In this document: positions 9,525 to 18,668 of the stretch, piece after piece
How positions within the stretch are numbered: position 1 is the stretch's first letter
How the letters are laid out: every line of letters starts with the position of its first letter
NCBI GenBank assembly: GCA_036676985.1
Contig: JAKFBU010000038.1
Coordinates: 172,468-236,467, forward strand
Origin: Candidatus Sericytochromatia bacterium
Lineage (GTDB): Bacteria; Cyanobacteriota; Sericytochromatia; S15B-MN24; UBA4093
DNA: 64,000 nt
Direction: 5' to 3'
Notes under the pieces: generated by a model
Database searches by the model: none
Seen by the model: the letters and a program-made list of their open reading frames with translations, nothing else
Told to the model about the DNA's origin: nothing
Program-made: the position numbers and the translations under genes

Positions 9525-10385
9525 CTAGTTCAGGGTGGCCGGGGTAATGGAAGCTCCCTTGTAGACCGTGACGGCCTTGGTCTTGTAGGCGATCTGGTTG
9601 CCGCCCGTCTGGGCGTCGTAGCCGTACACGTGGAGCGTGCCGAGGTCCTGGGTGCCCGAGGTGATGTAGGTGGGCACCGTCCAGCTGAAGGTCGTGTTGC
9701 TGCCGGCGATGGTCGTGGTCGAGAGCGTCGTGCCGCGCTGCGACAAGTTGGCGCTGCGGAACACGAGCTCGATGCGACGAACCGAGGGGTTGTTGGTCGA
9801 GGTCATGCCCGTGTCGACCGTCAGCGTGTCATTCTCGACCACCACGAAGTCCGAGACGACGTTCGAGCTGGTGCTGTTGCTGAAGGCGATGGTGCCCACC
9901 GAGTTGATCTTGATGACGGCCGTGGTGGTCGAGCCGGCGTTGAGGGTCAAGGGACCGCCGATGCCCTCGCCGCGGACGATGTTCTGGGTGAAGGTGTTCT
10001 CGCTCGCCAGGTCGCTCTGCTTGTAGAGGTCGGCCTTGAGGTAGTAGTCGGTGCCCGGGCGCAGGCCCGCGAAGGTGCTGACGTTGGTGAAGGTCTGCGA
10101 GGGGCCGATGGTCACGGAGTCGCTCGCGGTGCGGCTGGCCGTCAGCCGGGTGGCCGACGAGAGCGTGAAGCGCACGCGGTCGGCTCCCTCGAGGTCCGCG
10201 AAGTCCTGGGTGCGCTGACGCGCGTCCACCAGGCGAACGGCGAGCGTCGCCGAACCATCGGTGTTGCTGAAGAGGGGGAAATCGGTCAAGGACTGGGGTG
10301 AATTCGTAGCGGTAGACGTGCAACCGACCAGGGCCAACACGGCCAGACCAGCGGGCACGACCTTCCGAGCGAATGGGGTGTGCAT
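9525..10385 (-). CDS. Beta-rich lipoprotein, cassette type A (copy 1)
   Basis: Lipobox LVGC. ATLAVRLVDARQRTQDFAD...VRFTLSS. GAGGAGG RBS. Confidence 0.85.
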   Translation of the reverse strand: MHTPFARKVVPAGLAVLALVGCTSTATNSPQSLTDFPLFSNTDGSATLAVRLVDARQRTQDFADLEGADRVRFTLSSATRLTASRTASDSVTIGPSQTFTNVSTFAGLRPGTDYYLKADLYKQSDLASENTFTQNIVRGEGIGGPLTLNAGSTTTAVIKINSVGTIAFSNSTSSNVVSDFVVVENDTLTVDTGMTSTNNPSVRRIELVFRSANLSQRGTTLSTTTIAGSNTTFSWTVPTYITSGTQDLGTLHVYGYDAQTGGNQIAYKTKAVTVYKGASITPATLN

Positions 10386-10447
10386 GAACTGAGAATCCTC
10401 CTCGCGATGTGCCCAACTACTAACGGGCAGTTGAGGTCCTAATGTGT

Positions 10448-10473
10448 CTACCCTCGCCCGACCCTTTTTAAAC
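10448..10473 (-). promoter_or_regulatory. SigB/SigF-type promoter candidate GTTTAA-N14-GGGTAG
   Basis: Matches the Bacillus SigB-type consensus GTTTAA-N12-14-GGGTAT, upstream of the first cassette gene. Confidence 0.45.
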
Positions 10474-10557
10474 TACCGTCTAAGGAGCCAGGGAGGCCGT
10501 GATGACGGCACATCCCAGCTTGCAACCGAAAGCTGAAAATAGGGTGAACGCCAAAGA

Positions 10558-12126
10558 TTACACTGGCATTACGCCGTGCTTGCGTTCAGGTTGCCGCACG
10601 TGCTTCTGGCTGGCGAGCTCCAGCCCCCGCATGAGCACGCGCCGGGTCTCCCGGGGGTCGATGACGTCGTCGATGAGGGCCGAGCCCGCGGCGATGTAGG
10701 GGTTGATGTAATCCTTGAACTGGTCGACGAGCCGGGTGCGTTCGGCATCGGGATCGGCCGCTCCGTCGATCTGCTTGCGGCCGATGATGTTCACCGCGCC
10801 CTCGGGGCCCATGAGCGAGATCTCGGCGCCTGGCCAGGCGACGATGAGGTCGGGCTCGTAGGCCCGCCCGCACATGACGTAGTAGCCCGCGCCGTAGGCT
10901 TTGCGCACGATGACCGTGAGCTTGGGGACCGTCGCGTTGGAGACGGCGTAGAGCATCTTCGCGCCGTGGCGGATGATGCCCTCCTTTTCCACCTTGGACC
11001 CGACCATGAACCCGGGCACGTCCTGAAAGAAGATGAGCGGGAGGTTGAAGGCGTCGCAGAGGCTGATGAAGCGCGCGGCCTTGTCCGCCGCGTCCGTGGT
11101 CAGGACCCCGCCCATGACCTTGGGCTGGCTCGCGACGATCCCCACCGAGCGGCCGCCGATCCGCGCGAGGGCCGTGATGATCGACTGCGCGAACCGCGGC
11201 TTGAGCTCGAAATAGCGCCCGTCGTCCACGATCCGCGAGAGCACGGCCTTCATGTCGTAGGGCAGCTTGGGCTGCTCGGGCAGGATGCGCAGGAGCTCTT
11301 CGTCCGAGCGCAGTGGCGGCTCGACGGCCGGCCGCATCGGCGGGGTCTGCCGGCAGTTGTCCGGAAAGTAGCTCAGGTAGTCCTTGATGGCCTGGATGCA
11401 GGCCTCGTCGGACCCGACCTCCAGGTCGGCCACCCCGGACACCTCGCAGTGCACCCGCGAGCCCCCGAGCTCCTCGACCGACACCGTCTCGCCGATGGCC
11501 GCCTTGACCAAGGGAGGACCCGCCAGCGCCATGGAAGACGTCCCCTTGACCATGGGCACGAAGTCCGCGAGCGCCGGGATGTAGGCCGTGCCCGCCGCGC
11601 AGTGGCCCATCATGGCGGCCACCTGTGGCACGACGCCCGACATGAGGGACTGGTCGTGGAAGAGCTTGCCCGATCCCGCGAACTGGGAGCCTGCGATCTC
11701 GTGGACCCGGGCGCCGGCCGAGTCCAGGAGCCAGACGATGGGGATGCCCTGGCGCATGGCCGTCTCGCGGATCCGGTTGGCCTTGGCCTCCCCGATCATG
11801 CCGATGGTGCCCGCCATGACCGTGAAGTCGTAGGCGATGACGGCCACCAGCCGCCCGTTGACCTTGCCAACACCCGTGATGACGCCGTCGGCCGGGGTGT
11901 CCCGGCCCTGCATCTCGGCGGCCTGGGACTGATGGTTGGCGTGCAGGCCCCATTCCTCGAAGGTGCGCGGATCGAAGAGCAGATCGAGCCGTTCGCGGGC
12001 CGTGAGCTTGCCGGCGGCGTGCTGCTTGTCGACGGCTTCCTGGCCGCCCATCCTTTTCGCCTTCTCGCGGCGCTGCTTGAGATCGGCGACCGCGGCCGCC
12101 ATGCCCGTCAACGTGGTATCTGCCAT
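10558..12126 (-). CDS. Acyl-CoA carboxylase carboxyltransferase (beta) subunit
   Basis: GKLTARERLDLLFD, DFTVMAGT, DSAGAR, QDVPGFMVG, RKAYGAG motifs. Start at MADTT (AAGGAG RBS). Confidence 0.93.
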   Translation of the reverse strand: MADTTLTGMAAAVADLKQRREKAKRMGGQEAVDKQHAAGKLTARERLDLLFDPRTFEEWGLHANHQSQAAEMQGRDTPADGVITGVGKVNGRLVAVIAYDFTVMAGTIGMIGEAKANRIRETAMRQGIPIVWLLDSAGARVHEIAGSQFAGSGKLFHDQSLMSGVVPQVAAMMGHCAAGTAYIPALADFVPMVKGTSSMALAGPPLVKAAIGETVSVEELGGSRVHCEVSGVADLEVGSDEACIQAIKDYLSYFPDNCRQTPPMRPAVEPPLRSDEELLRILPEQPKLPYDMKAVLSRIVDDGRYFELKPRFAQSIITALARIGGRSVGIVASQPKVMGGVLTTDAADKAARFISLCDAFNLPLIFFQDVPGFMVGSKVEKEGIIRHGAKMLYAVSNATVPKLTVIVRKAYGAGYYVMCGRAYEPDLIVAWPGAEISLMGPEGAVNIIGRKQIDGAADPDAERTRLVDQFKDYINPYIAAGSALIDDVIDPRETRRVLMRGLELASQKHVRQPERKHGVMPV

Positions 12127-12133
12127 GGGCTCC

Positions 12134-12916
12134 TTACCTGCCTGTCCACCTGGGGGTTCGCTTGTCGGCGAAGGCCCGGAGGCCCTCTGCTGCATCCGCC
12201 GTCGAACCGACGACCGCTCTGATGCTGCGCAGGTGCTCCAGCGCCTGCTCGTAGCTCATGCCGGGAATCGAGTAGAAGGCCGCCTTACCGAGCTTCACGA
12301 CGGCCGGGCTGAAGCCGTCGAAGCTCGCGGCGAAGTCGGCGACGGCCCCCATGAACCCATGGTGCGGGACCACCCGGTTGACGAGGCCCGCGGCCTTGGC
12401 CTCGTCGGCCGTGAGGCTGCCGCCGGTCATGAAGAGTTCGAAGGCCTGCTTGGGGCCCAGGGCCGCCATGAGGGGGGCCATGACCATGAGGGGAAAGGTT
12501 CCCACCTTGATCTCGGGCGTGCCGAACTCGGCCCGGTCGCTCGCGATCGCCAGGTCGCACCCCGCCACCAGCCCGAGCCCGCCACCCAGGGCCTTGCCGT
12601 TGACCGCGGCGATGGTGGGCTTCGAGAGGGATCTCAGGCGCAAGAGCAGCTTGGTGTAGAGGCCGTCTGCCTGGTAGCGCCGATAGGGCTCCTCCGCGAG
12701 GTCCTGGGCCTCCTTGAGGTCGCCGCCCGCCGAGAACACGTCGCCGGTGCCTGTCAGGATGACCGTCCGCACGGCGGGGTCGCCCTCGGCCTCGTCGAGG
12801 CCAGCCAGGAGCTCGGAGAGCACCTCGCCGTTGAGCGCGTTGCGCGCCTCGGGACGCCGGAGCTCGAGCACCAGGGATCCATCCATGTGGTGAACGCGAA
12901 CCGTCGATACTTGCAT
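12134..12916 (-). CDS. Enoyl-CoA hydratase/isomerase family protein
   Basis: RPEARNAL, FSAGGDL, AVNGKALGGGLGL, FGTPE crotonase motifs. Confidence 0.92.
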   Translation of the reverse strand: MQVSTVRVHHMDGSLVLELRRPEARNALNGEVLSELLAGLDEAEGDPAVRTVILTGTGDVFSAGGDLKEAQDLAEEPYRRYQADGLYTKLLLRLRSLSKPTIAAVNGKALGGGLGLVAGCDLAIASDRAEFGTPEIKVGTFPLMVMAPLMAALGPKQAFELFMTGGSLTADEAKAAGLVNRVVPHHGFMGAVADFAASFDGFSPAVVKLGKAAFYSIPGMSYEQALEHLRSIRAVVGSTADAAEGLRAFADKRTPRWTGR

Positions 12917-13068
12917 GGCCGCCTCCTCTCCAACACGGCCCCATGATAACGATCCGTTCGGGGGGACGCCAGCATTCCGGGCCGATGCTCGTCCCCACGT
13001 TGTTTCGCGCTTGAGGGCTCTGCTATGCTTGAGGCGGACCCTCATTTTTTTGTAAGGCAGGAGAGCCC

Positions 13069-15102
13069 TTGGAGACCTTCCACCTGCTTCGAGACCTCGC
13101 CGCGGCCCTGGCTGCGGCGCTCCTCATGGGCCTGCTCTTCTATCGGCTCAAGCAACCGGTCATCATCGGGTACCTGCTCGCGGGCCTCATCGTGGGCCCC
13201 TACGGCCTCAAGATCGTCTCGGACATCCACACCATCGAGGGCCTCGCCGAGCTGGGCGTCATGCTCCTCATGTTCGCGCTCGGCGTCGAGTTCTCCTTTT
13301 CCGAGCTCGCCCCCGTCAAGCGCCTCGCCCTCATCGGCGGCGCGACCCAGATCGGCGTCACGGTCCTCTTGGGGACGCTCGCTGCGCGCTTCTTCGGCCT
13401 GGAGGTGGGCGCGGGCATCCTGCTCGGCTGGATGATCGCCCTGTCCAGCACCATCATCGTCCTCAAGGTCCTCCTGGAGCGCGGCGAGCTGGAGAGCGCC
13501 CACGGCAAGGCCCTCCTGGGCCTGCTCATCGTGCAGGACCTCTCGGTGGTCCTCATGATGGTCATGATGCCCAACCTGGGCGACCCGGCGAAGATCCTGG
13601 GCTGGCCGATGGTGTGGGCGATCGCCAAGGCCGCCCTCTTCCTGGCGGCGGTGGTGTGGCTCGGCACCCAGCTCTTCCCGCGCTTCATGCGCCGGGTGGC
13701 CGCCACGCGCAACAAGGAGCTCTTCCTCCTGGCGGGTGTGTTCCTCTGCTTCGGCACGGCCGCTGCGGGCTACCTGATCGGCCTCTCGTTGGCGCTCGGG
13801 GCCTTCATCGCGGGCATCGTCGTGAGCGAGTCGGACCACAGCCACCAGATCCTGGCGGACGTCTTGCCCCTGCGGGACCTGTTCGCCACGCTCTTCTTCG
13901 TCTCCATCGGCATGCTCATCAACCCGGCCTTCCTGGTGAACAACCTGGCGGCGGTCATCCTCCTGGTGCTCGCCATCGTGCTGGGCAAGGCCACGCTCGG
14001 GTTCGCCACCGCCCGCGGCTTCGGGTACGGCGGCCGGACGGCGCTCGCCATCGGGCTCGGACTCGCGCAGATCGGCGAGTTCTCCTTTGTCCTCGCCAAG
14101 CTGGGCGAGCAGCAGGGCCTCATCTCGAGCGACCTCTTCTCCTTGATCCTGACGGGCGCGCTCATCACCATCATCCTCACGCCCCTCCTGATGCAGCTGC
14201 CGACGCCCCTGTACCTGGCCTTCGCCCGGCTGGGCTGGGCGGATCCCAAGGGTCCGGGCGGCAAGGTCAAGGCCAAGATCGTGACAGGCGAGCTCACGGG
14301 GCTCGTCGACCACGTCATCATCTGCGGCTTCGGCCGGGTGGGCCACAACCTGGGCGAGGTGCTCATCCACAACAACTCGCCGGTGCTGGTCATCGACATG
14401 GACCAGAACGTCATCATGGACCTGCGGCGGCGCGGGGTGTCCTGCATCTACGGCGACTCCTCCAACCTGGCCGTGCTGCAGCACGCGCGCGTGCCCCTCG
14501 CCAAGGCCGTCATCATCACCCTGCCCGATCCCTTGAGCTGCCAGCTCGCCGTCCAGAACGCGCGGCGCCTGAACGCGAGCGTGCCCATCATTGCCCGGGC
14601 CCACCGCTCGCAAGACATGGCGGCCCTCTACGAGCTGGGAGCGACGGAGGTCATCCAGCCGGAGTTCGAGGCGAGCCTCGAGGTCATTCGCTCGACCCTG
14701 GCCAAGCTCGGCTACACTACCCGCGAGATTGGCCGCTACTCGCGCCTGATCCGCGTCAAGCGGTACAGCCAGTTCCAGGACGACTTCAACCCCGACACGG
14801 TGCCCGACCTCATGGAGGCTCTGGGCGAGGCCGACCTGACCTGGATCGAGGTCGCCGAGGACTCGGAGCTCATCGGGAGCACCTTGCGCAACCTGGACTG
14901 GCGTGGGCGCACGGGAGTGGGCGTGCTCGCCATCCATCGCGAGGGACGGGTCATTCCGAACCCGCGCGCCGACAAGCCCTTGAAGGCCGGAGACAAGCTC
15001 TTGGTGCTCGGGACGCAGGATCAGCTGCAGCTGCTCGCCCGGATCCTGCCCGGGGGGCCGCTATCCCCAACCGACGAGGGGATCGGTTATACTGATCACT
15101 AG
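13069..15102 (+). CDS. CPA2 monovalent cation:proton antiporter with TrkA-N and TrkA-C domains
   Basis: About 12-13 TM segments, ALSST, LIVQD, FF.SIG motifs. GFGRVG KTN fold and C-terminal RCK-C. Confidence 0.92.
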   Translation: METFHLLRDLAAALAAALLMGLLFYRLKQPVIIGYLLAGLIVGPYGLKIVSDIHTIEGLAELGVMLLMFALGVEFSFSELAPVKRLALIGGATQIGVTVLLGTLAARFFGLEVGAGILLGWMIALSSTIIVLKVLLERGELESAHGKALLGLLIVQDLSVVLMMVMMPNLGDPAKILGWPMVWAIAKAALFLAAVVWLGTQLFPRFMRRVAATRNKELFLLAGVFLCFGTAAAGYLIGLSLALGAFIAGIVVSESDHSHQILADVLPLRDLFATLFFVSIGMLINPAFLVNNLAAVILLVLAIVLGKATLGFATARGFGYGGRTALAIGLGLAQIGEFSFVLAKLGEQQGLISSDLFSLILTGALITIILTPLLMQLPTPLYLAFARLGWADPKGPGGKVKAKIVTGELTGLVDHVIICGFGRVGHNLGEVLIHNNSPVLVIDMDQNVIMDLRRRGVSCIYGDSSNLAVLQHARVPLAKAVIITLPDPLSCQLAVQNARRLNASVPIIARAHRSQDMAALYELGATEVIQPEFEASLEVIRSTLAKLGYTTREIGRYSRLIRVKRYSQFQDDFNPDTVPDLMEALGEADLTWIEVAEDSELIGSTLRNLDWRGRTGVGVLAIHREGRVIPNPRADKPLKAGDKLLVLGTQDQLQLLARILPGGPLSPTDEGIGYTDH

Positions 15103-15178
15103 TATGCGCGCCGGACGAGTTCACGGCGCTCCGTGCGGCCCCCGGTGGGGGCCATTCTGACGAAGGGGTCACGCACAC

Positions 15179-16522
15179 ATGTTCTCCAAGATCCTGATCG
15201 CCAACCGCGGGGAGATCGCGGTCCGCGTCATCCGGGCCTGCCAGGCCATGGGCCTGCGCACGGTGGCCGTGTATTCCGAGGCCGACGCCGACGCCATGCA
15301 CGTCAAGCTCGCCGACGAGGCCTACCCGATCGGTCCGGCACCCGTCGCCCAGAGCTACCTCAAGGTCGACGCCATCCTCGAGGCCGCCAAGCAGTCCGGC
15401 GCCGAGGCGATCCATCCGGGCTACGGCCTCCTGTCGGAGAACGCGGGCTTCGCGCGCGCCTGCGCCGAGGCGGGCCTCACCTTCATCGGTCCCAAGCCCG
15501 AGGTCATCGCCCAGATGGGCGTCAAGACCGAGGCGCGCGCCCTTATGAAGGCGGCGGGCGTCCCGGTGGTCCCGGGCATCGAGACCGCCTGCTCGGACAT
15601 CGAGGAGGCCCAGCGGATCGCCCTGGAGATCGGCTACCCCGTGATGCTCAAGGCGGCCTCGGGCGGCGGCGGCATCGGCATGCAGGTCTGCCCGGACGCC
15701 GCCGAGCTCGAGAAGGCCTTCAAGCTGTGCGCCGGTCGGGCCAAGGCCTACTTCGGCAACGGCGACCTCTACGTCGAGAAGTACATCGCCAACCCCCGTC
15801 ACGTCGAGATCCAGGTGCTCGCCGACCACCACGGCCACGTGGTGCACCTCAACGAGCGCGAGTGCTCGATCCAGCGCCGGCACCAGAAGGTCGTCGAGGA
15901 GGCCCCCTCGCCCGTGGTCGACGCGGCCCTGCGCGCCCGCATGGGCGAGGTGGCGGTCCAGGCCGTCCGCGCCCTCGGCTACACCAACGCGGGCACGCTC
16001 GAGTTCCTGGTCGACGCCGATCGCAACTTCTACTTCCTCGAGATGAACACCCGCCTCCAGGTGGAGCACCCGGTCACGGAGCTCACGACGGGGGTGGACC
16101 TCGTGCGGTGGCAGATCCGGATCGCCGCGGGTGAGGCGCTCACCCTGCAACAGGCGGAACTGGCGCCCAAGGGCCACGCCGTCGAGGTGCGCCTCTACGC
16201 CGAGGACCCCAACACCTTCTTCCCGAGCCCCGGCACCATCGCCGAGCTGCGCTGGCCCGACGGCATCCGCGTCGATACCTGGGTCGAGGCGGGCACGGTG
16301 GTCAGCCCCCACTACGACCCGATGATCGCCAAGCTCATCGCGCACGGCGCCGATCGCGCCGAGGCGATCGCCAAGCTCCAGGAGGCGCTCGGTCGCCTGG
16401 AGGTCGCGGGCATCAAGACCAACACGCCGATGCTTCTCACCGTGCTCGGGCACCCCAAGTTCCGCGCGGGCGACTTCTCCACGGACTTCGTCGCCGCCGA
16501 GCTCACCCCCGCCAAGGTTTAG
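15179..16522 (+). CDS. Biotin carboxylase subunit (AccC/YngH-like)
   Basis: KILIANRGEIA, HPGYG.LSEN, ERECSIQRRHQK, FLEMNTRLQVEHPVTE. Confidence 0.95.
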   Translation: MFSKILIANRGEIAVRVIRACQAMGLRTVAVYSEADADAMHVKLADEAYPIGPAPVAQSYLKVDAILEAAKQSGAEAIHPGYGLLSENAGFARACAEAGLTFIGPKPEVIAQMGVKTEARALMKAAGVPVVPGIETACSDIEEAQRIALEIGYPVMLKAASGGGGIGMQVCPDAAELEKAFKLCAGRAKAYFGNGDLYVEKYIANPRHVEIQVLADHHGHVVHLNERECSIQRRHQKVVEEAPSPVVDAALRARMGEVAVQAVRALGYTNAGTLEFLVDADRNFYFLEMNTRLQVEHPVTELTTGVDLVRWQIRIAAGEALTLQQAELAPKGHAVEVRLYAEDPNTFFPSPGTIAELRWPDGIRVDTWVEAGTVVSPHYDPMIAKLIAHGADRAEAIAKLQEALGRLEVAGIKTNTPMLLTVLGHPKFRAGDFSTDFVAAELTPAKV

Positions 16523-16546
16523 GACACAGAAAGGAACGCAGCACCC

Positions 16547-16759
16547 ATGCCCAACGTCACCAGCACCATGGCCGGCACCATCATCGAGGTCACCGTCAAC
16601 GTCGGCGACCAGGTCGAGGCCGGTCAGGACGTCGCTTGCCTCGAGTCCATGAAGATGCAGATGTACCTCCAGTCCGAGACCTCTGGTAAGGTCAAGGCGG
16701 TGAAGGTGAACTCCGGCGACTTCGTGAACGAGGGCGACGTCGTTCTCGAGCTCGAGTAA
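16547..16759 (+). CDS. Biotin carboxyl carrier protein (70 aa)
   Basis: Biotinyl motif LESMKM. Confidence 0.92.
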   Translation: MPNVTSTMAGTIIEVTVNVGDQVEAGQDVACLESMKMQMYLQSETSGKVKAVKVNSGDFVNEGDVVLELE

Positions 16760-16783
16760 GTAGGAACGAGAGAAAGGGAGTCC

Positions 16784-17701
16784 ATGGCGACGACGGAGTT
16801 GCCGCGGAAGGTGACGGTAGTCGAGGTCGGTCCCCGGGACGGCCTCCAGAACGAAAAGACCCCCGTCGATACTGCGGACAAGGTACGGTTCATCGATCGG
16901 CTCTCCGAGACGGGCTTGACCCAGATCGAGGTGACCAGCTTCGTCAACCCGGCCTGGATTCCCCCCCTGGCGGACGCGGTGGAGGTGGCTTCGGCCATCC
17001 ACCGCAAGCCCGGCGTCACCTACTCGGGCCTGGTCCCCAACCTCAAGGGCTACGAGCGGGCGCGGACCGCCCGGATGGATGCGATCGCCCTCTTCATGTC
17101 GGCGAGCGAGACCCACAGCAAGAAGAACATCAACAAGACCATCGCCGAATCGCTGCCCGTCCTGCGGGAGGTATCCGAGGCGGCCGTCGCGGACGGCGTC
17201 CAGGTCCGGGCCTACCTCTCGGTGGTCTTCGGCTGCCCGTACGAGGGCCACGTCGATCCCGAGCAGGTTCGGTCCATCGTCCGCGAGCTCCTGGCCATGG
17301 GCGTGTACCAGGTGAGCCTGGGCGACACCACTGGCATGGGCAACCCCTTGCAGGTCAAGCGGATGCTTGCGATGCTCGAGGCCGAGTTCGGCCTGGAGCC
17401 CTTCGCGCTGCACTTCCATGACACGCGGGGCACGGCCCTGGCCAACGTCCTGGCGGGCCTGGAGATGGGCGTCACGACCTTCGACGCATCGGCGGGCGGC
17501 CTGGGCGGGTGTCCCTACGCACCGGGGGCTTCGGGAAACCTCGCCACCGACGATCTCGTCTACATGCTGCACGAGATGGGCGTGGAGACGGGCATCGACC
17601 TGGACAAGCTCGTCGCCTGCTCGGCCATGATGCAGCAGATCCTCGGCAAGGAGCTGCCCAGCCGTTACCTCAAGAGCCGTCTGGCCACGTGTTCGGTCTG
17701 A
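16784..17701 (+). CDS. Hydroxymethylglutaryl-CoA lyase
   Basis: EVGPRDGLQNE, HFHDTRG, GGLGGCPYAPGASGNLAT. Confidence 0.95.
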   Translation: MATTELPRKVTVVEVGPRDGLQNEKTPVDTADKVRFIDRLSETGLTQIEVTSFVNPAWIPPLADAVEVASAIHRKPGVTYSGLVPNLKGYERARTARMDAIALFMSASETHSKKNINKTIAESLPVLREVSEAAVADGVQVRAYLSVVFGCPYEGHVDPEQVRSIVRELLAMGVYQVSLGDTTGMGNPLQVKRMLAMLEAEFGLEPFALHFHDTRGTALANVLAGLEMGVTTFDASAGGLGGCPYAPGASGNLATDDLVYMLHEMGVETGIDLDKLVACSAMMQQILGKELPSRYLKSRLATCSV

Positions 17702-17719
17702 AGGGCCAACCCAGTGACC

Positions 17720-17845
17720 ACCCCCCCAACCCCCCCTGCTTCGCAAGGGGGGCTCATGAAGGGGCGGCTCAGCTCATCTAATCCCTTCCGCGCAGCGGAA
17801 GCACTCCCTATGTCCCCCTTGCGAAGCAGGGGGGGAAGGGGGGGT
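17720..17845. repeat. Palindromic C/G-tract intergenic element (family 1, copy 1)
   Basis: Arm ACCCCCCCAACCCCCCCTGCTTCGCAAGGGGG is inverted as CCCCCTTGCGAAGCAGGGGGGGAAGGGGGGGT. Similar element at 46709..46817. Confidence 0.8.
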
Positions 17846-17886
17846 AAAAAGTAGCCACTACTGAAGCACCAGGAGACCCAGAAGAC

Positions 17887-18666
17887 ATGGAACAAGTCGT
17901 CCTCACCGAGCGCCGCGGCCCGGTCGTCATCCTGACCCTCAACCGCCCGGACAAGATGAACGCCCTCAGCTTCCCGACCCTGATCCTGCTGCGCGAGGCC
18001 ATCGAGTCCGTGCGCTTCGATCCCGAGGTGCGGGCCCTCATCATCACGGGCTCGGGTGAAAAGTCCTTCTGCGCGGGCGCCGACCTCAAGGAGCGCGCTG
18101 CCATGACCCCGGTCCAGGTCAAGGAGTTCATCCGGACCATCCGGGACACCTTCACGGCCATCGAGGACCTGGGCAAGCCCGTCATCGCCGCGGTCAACGG
18201 CGTGGCCCTCGGCGGTGGCACCGAGCTCGCGCTCGCCTGCGACATCCGCCTCGCGGCCGAAACGGCCACCCTCGGCCTCACGGAGACGGGCCTCGGCATC
18301 ATCCCGGGCGCCGGCGGCACCCAGCGCCTGCCGCGCCTGGTCGGCAAGGGCAAGGCCAAGGAGCTCATCTTCACGGCGCGCAAGGTCTCGTCCGCCGAGG
18401 CCAAGGAGATCGGTCTCGTCGAGCAGGTCTACCCCGCCGACCGATTGATGGACGAGGCCCTCGCCATGGCCGACCAGATCGCCCAGAACGGCCCCGTGGC
18501 CATCGAGCAGGCGAAGTACGCCATCAACGCGGGCATCGAGACCGACCTCAAGACGGGCTTGCTCTTCGAGAGCCGCGCCTACGACGTCATCATCCCCACC
18601 AAGGATCGGCTTGAGGGTCTTGCCGCCTTCCGCGAGAAGCGCAAGCCCGTGTACATCGGGGAGTAG
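17887..18666 (+). CDS. Enoyl-CoA hydratase (methylglutaconyl-CoA hydratase/YngF-like)
   Basis: NRPDKMNAL, FCAGADLKER, ALGGGTELALACD, LTETGLGIIPGAGGTQRL. Context next to HMG-CoA lyase. Confidence 0.92.
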   Translation: MEQVVLTERRGPVVILTLNRPDKMNALSFPTLILLREAIESVRFDPEVRALIITGSGEKSFCAGADLKERAAMTPVQVKEFIRTIRDTFTAIEDLGKPVIAAVNGVALGGGTELALACDIRLAAETATLGLTETGLGIIPGAGGTQRLPRLVGKGKAKELIFTARKVSSAEAKEIGLVEQVYPADRLMDEALAMADQIAQNGPVAIEQAKYAINAGIETDLKTGLLFESRAYDVIIPTKDRLEGLAAFREKRKPVYIGE

Positions 18667-18668
18667 TC

